From positions 176,652-240,651 of the forward strand of contig CAVYXJ010000012.1 in the NCBI GenBank assembly GCA_963772455.1: DNA of 64,000 nt. The letters are read 5' to 3'. The position numbers and the translations under genes are program-made. Source of the stretch: Candidatus Bathyarchaeota archaeon (GTDB lineage Archaea > Thermoproteota > Bathyarchaeia > Bathyarchaeales > Bathycorpusculaceae). Below, in pieces: positions 1 through 11,190 of this stretch. How positions within the stretch are numbered: position 1 is the stretch's first letter; every line of letters starts with the position of its first letter. Below the pieces are notes generated by a model. That model did no database searches. It was not told where the DNA came from and worked only from the letters and a program-made list of their open reading frames with translations.

Positions 1-227
1 CCAAACAACAGATAAATCTGGCGTGTAGTTGTGAACCATTTTAGGTTAATTGAAACAAAAACAAGCAGTATACCAAAAGAAAAGGCAGTCACTATGAATG
101 CTATCAGTCTGAATTTGCCTAAGGGATAACCAATTTTTGCGAATTTTGGAAGCATAAATAAATCACGTTGGTGTGATTCAACATAGGATATTAAAAAGTT
201 ATAATTCTTTGCTTAATGTTTTAGAAC

Positions 228-455
228 TTACCTTTGTTCGCTTCCAAATCTTCTATAAATGAGAAAGCCTATAAAACCTCCAACAAATGGGCCTATACTA
301 AAACTGAAGAATATCCAATCGTTAAAAGTTCCAAAGAAATGTAGTTTCAACCAAACAAGTAATAATCCTCCTCCAAAGAAAAGAATAACCCCTCCAAGCC
401 AAGCGCAAAACATAACAGTAACTAAAGCTGAGGCGAAACCTGATTTCAATTTCAT
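228..455 (-). CDS. small two-helix membrane protein, unknown function
   Basis: 75-aa ORF with ATG start and two hydrophobic Gly-rich segments. Confidence 0.55.
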   Translation of the reverse strand: MKLKSGFASALVTVMFCAWLGGVILFFGGGLLLVWLKLHFFGTFNDWIFFSFSIGPFVGGFIGFLIYRRFGSEQR

Positions 456-569
456 AGTATTATTACCCTTTATTCAATAATATAAAATAAATGCGTAATT
501 TACAAACTACACTAACCAGCCAAAAGTTATAAGCTCTAAACAGCATATCGACAAACAGAGGACAAACTA

Positions 570-1359
570 ATGGAAAACAAAAATCTCCAACGCGAACTCT
601 CTATAGGCGAAATTATAACAGAAACATTCAGTTTATATTCGCGAAATTTTGCACATTATCCAGTTCCCTTCTTAATTGCAGCCATATTAACCGGATTAGT
701 AACTATAATTGTGAATTTAGTCATAGTTATTCCTGAAGCGCCCTCTAATCCTACATCCTCATTACTAGTAGCGTGGTTTCCTACCTTCATAACAGCAAGC
801 ATAACGTCCCTATTTTTATCAGGAATCGTTAGTTGGATTACCAGCAGCTTCACATCAGGAATAACAATAAAATTCACTTCAGACATTTTGGAGAGTGGAC
901 AAGCAAACTTGCAAAAATCTTTCCAGTTCACCTTAACGAAGGTACTTTATCTGTTGGCAGCAAGCATTGTCACAGTTACTCTTATGCTTCTTGGATTTAT
1001 TGCATTAATTATTCCCGGAATAATCATCGCACTAATGTTTACACTTGTTAACCCAGCTATAATGCTTGAAGGAACAGGCATTGTTGGAGGCTTCTAGAAG
1101 TCGCGTTCTCGTAAGCAACAGATGGCTTAAAACCTTCGGATTATTTCTCGTGGTCAGCATTATTGTTGCCGTAGTAAATGGGGTAGCTGTATTAATCGCT
1201 GGTCTATTTGGATTTGTCAGCCCTCTAATAGCAGGCATCCTGACGGCGTTTATAACACCAATCATCCCCATAGCCACAACACTCTACTATTATTCGATGA
1301 AAGCAAGAACACTGCAAACCCCGCCATTCCCACCTCCACCACCTCCTCAAACCTTCTGA
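570..1359 (+). CDS. multi-pass membrane protein (YciC/GDPD-membrane-domain-like), one frameshift near 1085
   Basis: ORFs 570..1097 and 1066..1359 join into one hydrophobic protein (…PAIMLEGTGI/…SRVLVSNRW); Pro-rich tail. Confidence 0.6.
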
Positions 1360-1932
1360 AAAGCAAGTTTTTAGTATTGACTACATGAATAATTTTAGCA
1401 GGGTTAGTTATCAAAAAATGCTCATACACCAACAATTAAACCGTTGAGTTGGTCGACTCATAATTGTTATGTTGATATTGCAGTGTCAGTTTGTTGGCTA
1501 AGAAGTTGGCTACAATCAAGCCATCTCTTCCTCCAAGCTGCTCGAATAAAAAACGCAATAAAGTTTTTATTTTTCCACGAAATATATTATCACAGCCATG
1601 AAAAATCAAAAGAAGAACCGCAAAGAGCGACGCAAAGAAATCTTGGCTGACATTCTATTTCAACAAAGTCCTTAGCGGTTAAAAAAAGCAAATTCTTCAG
1701 AGAAAAGCAGCCTTTGAAGTTCTGGTGAAGGCTGAGTTAGTTAGCAAGAGCTATTGAATGAAATTTAATTATTGGCTGCAATATAGTCGAAAGACCTTTT
1801 ACTTAACAAGAAATAATCGAATGGAGTTTTGCTCTAGTTTTCAAAGCAAAAAATCATAGCTCCAACAGAAATCTTGAAGTTTATAAGTCTGCAATCAAAA
1901 TATTTTTTGTATAAATAATTATTTTTTCTAAT

Positions 1933-2151
1933 TTATGGCTTAAAGACAAGAATATATTTTTTATCTTTGTCCTCTTCAGCCTCCAAGTTTTTTGCCTGCA
2001 CAAAAGTGTAGATTGCCAAAAAATCATAGTCACCCTTAATTTTCAATTGATGTTTATCAGATTTTTTTTGTTCGATAGAAACAAAACTAGGATTAATCAA
2101 CCCTCTAGCTACTAATTCTGTGAATATTGAAATTGCTTCTTTCCTATCCAC
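1933..2151 (-). CDS. small hypothetical protein
   Basis: 72-aa ORF with protein-like composition. Confidence 0.5.
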   Translation of the reverse strand: MDRKEAISIFTELVARGLINPSFVSIEQKKSDKHQLKIKGDYDFLAIYTFVQAKNLEAEEDKDKKYILVFKP

Positions 2152-2363
2152 TAAGGTTCTCTCTCTGATTGTTTGGGGACGTACTATCCTAATAACACTT
2201 TGGTTAAATTGCTATTCCACTTCACTTTTAAGGAGCCGACCATTCTTGTTAAGACTAAATCACAATCAGCATACAACAAATGCAAAGTAGTAGTCTCATG
2301 ATACCCGCAAGTCTTTAAAAACAGCAATAAACCAAGTACTTTAATTGAAATGGGTTTCAGTAA

Positions 2364-2618
2364 ATGAATTTTATTGATGCAGTAGATTTTATTAAGAAAT
2401 TTCCATCTTGCCACCCCAAAATATTCAAAAGTTTTTTTGAATGGGGAATCTGTGACATTGAAACAGAAGGCTACGTAATTTTAACTGATATTACTTTAAC
2501 TAAAGATCCAGTGTTCCCCCAACTGGAAGCTTACGCTAAGAACCATGATTTGAGGGTAGATAAAGGTCAAGACTACTTGGTAATTAGCACAGCCTGTTAT
2601 GCTCATATTAACGGATGA
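2364..2618 (+). CDS. small hypothetical protein
   Basis: 84-aa ATG ORF divergent from the previous gene. Confidence 0.5.
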   Translation: MNFIDAVDFIKKFPSCHPKIFKSFFEWGICDIETEGYVILTDITLTKDPVFPQLEAYAKNHDLRVDKGQDYLVISTACYAHING

Positions 2619-2690
2619 ATAATCACGTACTTTATCGAAGAGATTGAACCCGTAGTAATCTTGTTAAGAAAGGATCTTATAGTCAATTAG

Positions 2691-3482
2691 TTGATTAACC
2701 AACAGATAGAAATCATGAAGGGAATTTATTCATCCGTAATTGTTTCAATTCTTTTTCTAACATTTATCTCAGTTTCTGGTTTGGGTTGTGCAAATGGTGA
2801 AAATAATTATTATCCAAGATTTGAAATAATTTCTCCAAAAGCAACAATTTATCACAACAGTACTGTAGAGATTTTTGCGGTTGTTACTAAGCTAACAGAC
2901 GAAGCATATCCAATGATAGACGGTATTCGCTATACACTCAATGATTCAAATATCTTTTCATATGAATTTACAAATTTTACATATAATGGATTGGTTAACC
3001 TTCCAAATAACAAGACAGGGCATGAATATGTTGGCAGAGCTACTTTAGAAGGCTTGAAAGAAGGCAATTATACTCTTAATTTAAGCTATGGGCATGGTAA
3101 TAATACAATTGGAAGTTGGTGGGGGTCATCAGTTAATTTTAGGGTAGTTTACGGAGATTATGAACCTTCAGCATTACTGTCTCCCATCAATCAAACATAT
3201 TATAGTTCAGAAGTACCAATAGATTTTTCGACTAACGAGGACTACGTTTATGCTTATTATTCTTTGAATGGTGGAAAACCTGTTTTTATTAAACCAAATA
3301 CTATGATGACTAACCTTCAAGAAGGCTCCAACAACCTTTTGGTATTCATAAAATTCAGAGATATCCATTCTGATTTCAAGATCAACTTTACAGTAGATTC
3401 AAATCCTGAGAACTTACAAAACACATGTAAAGAGTTTATTCTCATAGGAGTAGCTGCAATATCATTAGTTCTAATTGATTAA
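2691..3482 (+). CDS. secreted/surface protein with Ig-like repeats and C-terminal membrane anchor
   Basis: Signal-like N-terminus, two 'ISP..xY…YSL/YTLN…L..L.EG.Y/N.L' Ig-like units, many NxS/T sequons, hydrophobic C-terminus. Confidence 0.65.
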   Translation: MINQQIEIMKGIYSSVIVSILFLTFISVSGLGCANGENNYYPRFEIISPKATIYHNSTVEIFAVVTKLTDEAYPMIDGIRYTLNDSNIFSYEFTNFTYNGLVNLPNNKTGHEYVGRATLEGLKEGNYTLNLSYGHGNNTIGSWWGSSVNFRVVYGDYEPSALLSPINQTYYSSEVPIDFSTNEDYVYAYYSLNGGKPVFIKPNTMMTNLQEGSNNLLVFIKFRDIHSDFKINFTVDSNPENLQNTCKEFILIGVAAISLVLID

Positions 3483-3770
3483 CTATTTTTAGAGAAATCC
3501 AGCGGAGAAAAACTAAAAATAGCAACCGAAGACTATTTCCCGACAACATTAATCATAATTTTGATAGCTTCAGTTGCAATTATGGTCATAAGTCTAATTG
3601 TAATCTTCAATTAGCCTAGTGGAGGCGCAATAATGTGAAGAAAACGTGGTTGACATTAGTTCTTTTTGTGTTTCTCCTCTTCATATTGAGCCTTCAAGCA
3701 GTCAATTCTGTGAAGGATACCCCTCGGTTAAAATCCCGCCAAAAGTCAATGAGCCAGAAACTAATGTAAT

Positions 3771-4241
3771 TCAATTGTGCCTTTCCGAAACTTGCTTTAA
3801 TTTCTCAAGTGCCTTGGGCCACATTTCTTTAAACATATCGTAAAACTCGTCATCAGCATCAGCATCTACTTCAAACTTCGTTGAATCGCCTTGTTGTGTG
3901 ATAGTATAGTTCTCGTATGCAGGAACCCACTTCTTAGCTGCCTCGCTTGTTGAATCTTCTTTGCTGCCCAAAACGATGCCGAGATGCCTAATCGAGATAA
4001 AGGAAGGCTTTCTACTTTCAGCTATTTCAGAGAACATTCCTTCTTTCTCCCCTTTTTCGTTTACTGCTAAAAACTGTATTTTATCGCCTTTGTTCCAACC
4101 GCCTTCGAAGTAGGATCCTTCATGGAAGGCACTTGTCCATTCTCGATATTTCTTGTCGTCGACAATTGCGTTCCAAACTTCTTCGGGTTTTGCTTTGACG
4201 AGTATTTCAAAATGCATTTTCCGCATAATATTCACGGGCAA
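3771..4241 (-). CDS. SRPBCC/START-like (AHSA1-like) domain protein
   Basis: 'I.VKAKPEEVWNAI.D…YREWT…' and C-terminal 'WPKALEKLK' typical of SRPBCC. Confidence 0.8.
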   Translation of the reverse strand: MPVNIMRKMHFEILVKAKPEEVWNAIVDDKKYREWTSAFHEGSYFEGGWNKGDKIQFLAVNEKGEKEGMFSEIAESRKPSFISIRHLGIVLGSKEDSTSEAAKKWVPAYENYTITQQGDSTKFEVDADADDEFYDMFKEMWPKALEKLKQVSERHN

Positions 4242-4503
4242 ACTGTGGGATTGAAAAATATTAGTGTTTGTGATTGAGGTTTAACAGCAACAAAAATTCC
4301 TATCCAATGTTAACTAAAGAAATTGAAAATGCGCTTCAAAAGACGATTAAAAATAAGAGAACAAAATTAAGAATCACCTCAAAGATGAATTCATTAAACA
4401 TAAAAAACGCTACTCTTGAAAAAAGATTCTATGATGCATCTTCAAATTGGGATAAAAATTAATTTGATTGTTTGCTTTAGAATTGAAGAAAATATTTTAA
4501 AAG

Positions 4504-4522
4504 ACTAAAAAAGGGGAAAGAT
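4504..4522 (-). terminator. conserved 3' element ATCTTTCCCCTTTTTTAGT, probable oligo-T terminator
   Basis: Identical 19-mer about 20 bp after the stops of paralogues 1, 3 (29442-29460) and 4 (37059-37077). Confidence 0.55.
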
Positions 4523-4541
4523 AGTTTTTTTGTTTGTGTGT

Positions 4542-7211
4542 TTATGCTCGTTTTCTAAGCATCATGAGCACTAGCAGACTAGTACTATGATGATTAAAAC
4601 GAATAGACCCGCGATTGCTGGTACAAAGTACATGTCAGCTGATGATTGAGGTGGTGTTTCTGTTGGTGCTGCTGTTGGATGCGTTGGATCAACTGCAAAT
4701 GAGGTTACTGAATGTGATGGCCAGTATGATTCAGATCCTGCGAAAGAAGCGTAGACTGTATATTGTCCTGTAATGTCTGGTTTCCAGTTGAAAGCGAAGA
4801 ATCCATCAGTATTGCTTGTTGTTGTGCCAATTTCTCTATAGTTTCCGTTAGCGTCAAGAACGCTAAGAGTAACTAGGACACCTGTTGCATTGGTTGGAAT
4901 TGGTTTTTGCATATAGATGTATTCCATCCATGGGGCCATGCTATCGTCTGATACGGCTGGAACTCCCTGTGGGAAGCGTGTTGCTATTTCATTGTCTTTG
5001 GTGCCTGCTGAAGTATCGATAACTGTTCCTTCAATAACAATATTGTCACCTAAGGCTGTTGTTTTGGGTGAAACAGAAATCGTTGTTGAACTAGGTCCTT
5101 TGCCAACTGAATAGACAGAGTTGTCGTAGTAATTGTAGTATGCGAGGTAACCGTCGGCTAATACAGCTGTTGAGCCTCCTTGTCCACCTGTTTGACCTGA
5201 CCAGCTGAACATTGACCAAATTTCTTCACCTGTGAAGGCATCTAGGCAGTAGACTTTGGAGCCTCTGAATAGTGGTGCGTTTGGTGAGTGTTCATTGTTG
5301 AATGCATAGACTTTTCCATCTGCGACTGACGATATGAAGATTGGTCGAAGACCCCAGTTTGTTTCAAGGCCGCCGTTTGTATTGTTGAAGCGCCATACTA
5401 TAGATTTCCGTTGTCGGCATTATAGCAGAAGATTTCTCCACCAAATCCTTGAACGTAAATGTTGCCATATGCGGTTACGCCTCTGGGTCTCTCCTCCTTC
5501 TCCGCTGCCGAAGAATTGGAGGCTTCTGAAATCAGTTGTTGTTGGACCCCATGCTTCAGCTCCTGTGTCAAGGTTATATCCTCTCCATTGCATGTCTTCA
5601 ACGTCGTTCATTGTCCATATGCGGTTTATTGGGTCAACTGGTCTTAGTCTAACTGTTAGGTTTCCTGATTCTGGTGCTACATAGCTCTTTACCCATTTAA
5701 TGGATGCTAATGTTCCTTGGGAAGCGTTTAGGTTTAGTGCCCACATTGTGTAGGGATTGTCTGTGAATCGAGCGCCTACTCCGGGTGCAAGGTTGCTGCT
5801 TCTGCCAAGTAAAATGTCATCAGGTAATACGGCAAATATTGCTGGAGCTGTGGATCCTGTTATGTCTCCGGTGAATGTTCTGTTCCAAGAATATGATGTG
5901 CTTGCGTTAATAACGTTGCCAACTGGTCTCCAACTGTTAATGTTGTATCCTGTGCCTATTGAAAGAAGTGCTTGGGTGCTATTCCAAAGAGCTATCCAAC
6001 CTGCCTTAGCAGTAGTATTGTATCCTAGGACATAGCGGAGTATTTCGCCCTTAGCGTTGTAAACATCGGTTCCGGCTGGAACACTGGTTAAATTATACAT
6101 CCATTTTCCAGTGTATGCATCGATTGCTTGCCAGACAGTGTAAGCTGCTGCACCTGTTCCCACGTTTGAAGTTTGCCACAGTACTCCTCCGACTACACCG
6201 TGTTGATTGGGTGATTCAAAATCAAGTAGTTGACCAAAGCTTGGCGCAGGAATTAATGTTGAAGTTGTAGCTGAGTTGTTGACATATGCGTTGAGATCTG
6301 CACGATACCAAATTTGCTGTCCAGTTCGAAGGTCATAACATGCGTATCCTCCACCGTTGCCTGAGTGTCCAAGTGGGTGCTGTACGTAAATGTAGCCGTT
6401 CATTATGATGGTATTTTGGAATCTGCCTTCGTATGATCCACCTGAATATTCAGTGACGTCAGAGATCTCGGATGTTCCTCCTACGACTCCTCCGAATTCA
6501 ATTGGCTTTGTCCATGCAATGTGTGGGGTGTTTGGTGCGATTCCATCCCTCTGCCAGAGATTGTAGTTAATTGACATCTGGAAGGTTCCGAAAGAGTTTC
6601 CTCGCAACCAATGAGATTTCTAGGCTTGACCATGCTAAGTTCTGTCCCTCAACAGGTCTAGACCAATATTCGGTCGGGAGCGGATACCATGGAACGGATG
6701 ATATTGGTTCTTGTTGGACATCTAGCGTAATTGTTTTTGATGCTGGTGCGTAGGTGTCGTTTTCGTATACTGCATTTGTTGCTAGATCAGAAACGTAATT
6801 TGCAGCTCCCAATCTATTGGTCCATTTGTAGACTTGTCCACCATAGTCAAATTTGATTGTGTATGTACCGACTTGATCGGGTACATAAGAAATCGATTGC
6901 ACATTTGTGGTGTCATCAATTACGTCCCAATGTTTGGTTTCAATTGTGCCGTCAGGCTTTGTGATGGTTAATGTGTAGTTTTCGCGTCTAATGTTGTTTG
7001 TAATCATTGATCCTGGTAAAGACACATCGATCCACATAGAGATGTAAGTATTTTGTCCAACACCTATTGGGTCAGGTGCGGCAAATAGATATGCATAACT
7101 GTTAATTTTCCATGCGGGTGTATGAGCTTCCGTGCTGGGTACCAGTAAAAGCGATCCGGTCATTGCAAACAATAGAAATAAAGTATATACGAATGTTTTG
7201 AAATGTTTCAT
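4542..7211 (-). CDS. secreted PQQ-like beta-propeller surface protein (paralogue 1), split by several frameshifts
   Basis: ORF pieces 6567..7211, 5420..6607, 5398..5601 and 4571..5212 are colinear with the intact paralogues (APDPIGVGQ, PLPTEYW.RP, HIAWTKPI..GGVVGG, RFPQGVPAVSD); shifted tail reads MMLRKRA*. Confidence 0.85.
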
Positions 7212-7638
7212 TGTTTTTTCTCCTTAAATCTGTGCTTTTATTTAATGTAAGCATTATATATAATTTTAAGGTCTGTGACTTAGGACAAAAAATATTATTT
7301 AATTAATTGAGTCATGAAGGTTCTAGTACATTATTAATACTTCATGCAATAAGACCGAGTTGATAACTGTGAGAGCAAAAATTTAGCTGTAATTTTATAA
7401 ACGCGGCAGTAATTCCAACTTTATTTGTGTTTTTTTCGAATCCTTACTAAAACTACTGCCAAAACAACTAAGGTGATAGCTAAAGCAGGCAGTCTTTGAT
7501 AGTTCGCAATAAAAGGCTTGCAGTAAAGATTTCTTTATTAAACTTGATATAAGAATCTTGACTACTCAAATGTTCTTTATCGATTTTGAAAAAAAAATGC
7601 ATCTATTTTATCTACCTTAGAACCTTTTTACTTACCAT

Positions 7639-10019
7639 CTAACTTTTATTGTTAGTTGAATTCTGAGAAGGTAAACGTATTGTAAAAGTAGTTCCTTGGT
7701 TTAATTTTGATTTCACTTTAATAGTTCCCCCATGTGCCTCAATTATCCGTTTACATATTGCTAAGCCAAAACCCATTCCTTGTGCTTTCGTGGTGAACAG
7801 TGGAGTGAAGAGTTTTTGCATAGTTTCTTCAGGTATTCCAGTGCCTGTGTCAGCAAAAACAATGTCCACCCAATCATTTCTATGGCAACTGCTTATCTCG
7901 ATTGTACCTTTCTCAGGCATAGCGTCAATGGCGTTGTTAACAAGATTAATAAAAACTCGCAGCATCTTGTCTGTATTGACCCAAATCAAATCCTCTTGTT
8001 GAACTCTGTTCACAATTTCTATTCGATCTGGAACCTTAATCACTTTTATAGTCTCATCTACGAGAGCACGTGCAGAGTATCTTATTAGTTCCAAATGCAT
8101 CTCTCGTGAATAATCAAGTAGATCGTTGATAATTTTGTCTGAGTGATCAATTGCGTTATCGATGATTTCAAACATTTCTTTTGTTTGAGCTTCAGAAATT
8201 GTTGTACCTTTCCTTTTTAGGAAGTAGACAGCGTTTTTGATTCCTGCCAATGGATTGCGCAAGTCATGGCCTATCATGCCTGATAGTTCACCTATAGCTG
8301 CAAAGCGTTCAGCCTTAACAAGGCGTTCATTTGCATCTTTCAACTGTTCGGTTCTTAGGTCGACCATGCATTTTAGGTGGTCTGAATAATTCTTTACTTT
8401 TCTTTCTAAAATTTTGCGATGTTCTTCAGCTTTCTTTCGTTCAGTAATATCGATTGCAATCTCTACTGCTGAGGTAATATTTCCTTGATCATCCGTAATT
8501 GGAGTGGCGACTATTTGAACCCAGTAAGGATCGCCGTTAACGGTCGTGGAACAGTATTCGTGGGAGTCAAGAGTTGTTCTTCCTGCAAAAATCTTTACTA
8601 TTCCGCAATCTGAGCAAGGTCCATTTAAATCGTTAAGTGAAGCATAGCACAATTTTCCTACTGTATCACCTTTGTAGCGTTTAATGAAATCGTTTGCCCA
8701 AATTACGTGGTAGTCTTTATCGATAATTACCAAACCTGCCCCGATTGCTTTGGCAACGGATTCAAATTTGTTGCGTTTCAAGGAGAGCTATTTCACTTTT
8801 TTTGCGATCTGTAACGTCTCTTGCTGCGGCAAAAATTCCTTGTATCTCGCCTTGGGGGTTGCGGTAAATTGATGCGTTGTATAAAACATCTGTTACTATC
8901 CCCGATTTGTGTCGTATTGCCAATGGGTAATCTCTAACCAACCCTTCAGTGAAGACTTTCTGGTATCCTGCTCGGGCTTTTTCTGGTTCGGTAAAATAGC
9001 TTGAAAAATCACTTCCAACTAGGTCCATACGAGAGCAACCAGTTACTTTTTCGGTAGCCACATTGACGTCTGTAATTTTTCCTTCTTTACTAATTGTAAC
9101 CAACGGATCTAAGCTTGCTTCAATTAGACTTCTTGAATATGACGAAGCGGCAAATAACTGCTTTTCAACATTTTTGCGCTCTGTGATATCAGTGACTATT
9201 CCCAGTATTGCTTTGTCGCCATTGTATTCTATTAGAGATGTGTTGATTATTGCGTTAATTCTCTTGCCATCTCTTGTGATAAGTTCATATTCGTATGGAA
9301 GAACCTCTTCCAAATTCAAATGCTTCTCAAAAGCAGTCTTTACATCCTTAACATATTCTGGTGGATTAAGAGAAAGAAAATCAAAGTTAGGAGAATAGAA
9401 TTCTTCCTTACTGTAACCAGTAATTTCTTCACATTTCTTGTTTGCGTAAACCACCCTGCCCCGTTTGTTGATAAAAATCATGTTTGGTGATTGTTCAGCT
9501 AAATTTCTGAATTTTTCCTCGCTTTCATTTAATGCTGCTTCAGTTTTTTTGTTAATTGTGACGTCTCTGAAAATATTTATGATACTAACGATTTTTCCTT
9601 TCTTATTTTTTATAAATTTAGTTCCAACTTCGACAAAACTATGTTGCCTTTTTTGTGTTTTAAGTTTAATGTAACTATTTTCTTTTCTTCACCTTTTTGG
9701 ATTGCCTCCAAGAAAAGATTCAACAATTTTGACGTATCAAAAAATTTTAATGCGTCAAGTTTGATAAAATTCTTGCCAATTACCTCCTCTCGAGTATAAC
9801 CAAGAAGCTCTTCAACCCGATTATTTACATTGCTAGGATTTTTCCATGATTGTCTGAATAAGTAATTACATCTTGGACGTTTTCAAATAGTATTCTAAAT
9901 TTCTCATCATCAGTAGTAAACAGGGTGTCTTTAGAGTCTGCAATATCTTCACCAGTGGATAATATCCCGACTGGAAGATTTTCCACTGTTAACTTAGAAG
10001 CAGAACTATCTTCATCCAT
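7639..10019 (-). CDS. multi-PAS sensor histidine kinase (PAS x4, HisKA, HATPase_c), frameshifted
   Basis: H-box GHDLRNPL, N-box NLVNNAIDAM, G-boxes DTGTGI and GMGFGL; PAS ends DITERK and DVTDRK; ORFs 7639..8781, 8762..9481 and 9825..10181 are colinear. Confidence 0.85.
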
Positions 10020-10227
10020 AGACAAGAATGTTGATGGTAAATTAAAAACAATTATGAATTCTACTTTCATATCCAGAATTCCAGAATCAAAGAAAGAGAC
10101 GAATTGTCTGAGGTCATAAAAAGAATCCAGTTTCTTTACATCAGATAACCGCTTTGTTACTGTATCGCCACAGTTACACAAGTTTAATAGCCATTTACAT
10201 TATAGAGTTTGATTGGAGATGTAGGCT

Positions 10228-10554
10228 TTGGCCATTTTAGATGACATTTTTGGATTCATTACTTCTGGAAACATAGGCGGAATACCAACATTTGTTATAA
10301 TGATTATTCCGTTTGTAGTCGGATTAATAATAGGTTACTTACTTCACAAATTCTTAAAGATCGCAATAATAGCTGCAATCATTATTGTTATAGTTGCTTA
10401 CCTTGGATTTTTTGGCTTAAGTCTTGGTGCATTGAAGAATCTAGCAGATATTTATGGTCCTGTAGCAATTCAGTACGGAGTACTTCTAATAGGAATATTA
10501 CCGCTCGGCCTTGGATTCATCGTTGGGGCAATAATAGGCTTCATATTCTCATAA
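10228..10554 (+). CDS. small membrane protein (FUN14-like)
   Basis: 108 aa, three Gly-rich hydrophobic segments, 'GLIIGY.L.KFLK…GLGFIVG'. Confidence 0.6.
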   Translation: MAILDDIFGFITSGNIGGIPTFVIMIIPFVVGLIIGYLLHKFLKIAIIAAIIIVIVAYLGFFGLSLGALKNLADIYGPVAIQYGVLLIGILPLGLGFIVGAIIGFIFS

Positions 10555-10621
10555 ACTCAATCTCTCTTTGAGTCATTTACCGCATAATAGGTATAGCATG
10601 TATTTTTAATACCTTACTTCT

Positions 10622-11190
10622 ATTCAATTATGTTTTTTGCCGTAATCATTTTGAATTCACTGATCGCTTTTTATTCCGAGTTTTATTTAAAAGGTTTTGC
10701 AGGGCGAATTCATAGAAAAACTGAGAAAGAGAATAAATGATTTTGTAATTTAATTGCTTCTTCTTTGATCAACTGTGAAAGATCAATGAATTAATTGACT
10801 TTCTTCTCATTTTCAGGAGCTTTGTTATTCTTGAAATCTTTTTTGTTTTTGTCCATTTTTTCTTTAAAGACTCTCTTGCGAATTCCTTTTCGTTTCGTTT
10901 TTCTTTTTCGATTAATTCAATTATGTTTTTTGCCGTTATCATTTTGAATTCACTTTACGCTTTCTATTGCGAGTTTTATTTAAAAGGTTTTGCAGGACTA
11001 TTTTAATAAGAAAAACTGAGAAAGAGAATAAATGATTTTGTTATTTGTTTGCTTCTTCTTTAGTCAGCTATGAATGATCAATGAATTAATTGACTTTCTT
11101 CTCATTTTCAGGAGCTTTGTTATTCTTGAAATCTTTTTTGTCTTTGTCCATTTTTTCTTTAAAAATTTTCTTGCGCATTCCTTTTCGTTT
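10622..11190. repeat. imperfect tandem duplication (about 275-bp unit)
   Basis: 10622-10895 aligns with 10915-11190 and includes the 3' end of the flippase-like gene plus its downstream region. Confidence 0.9.
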
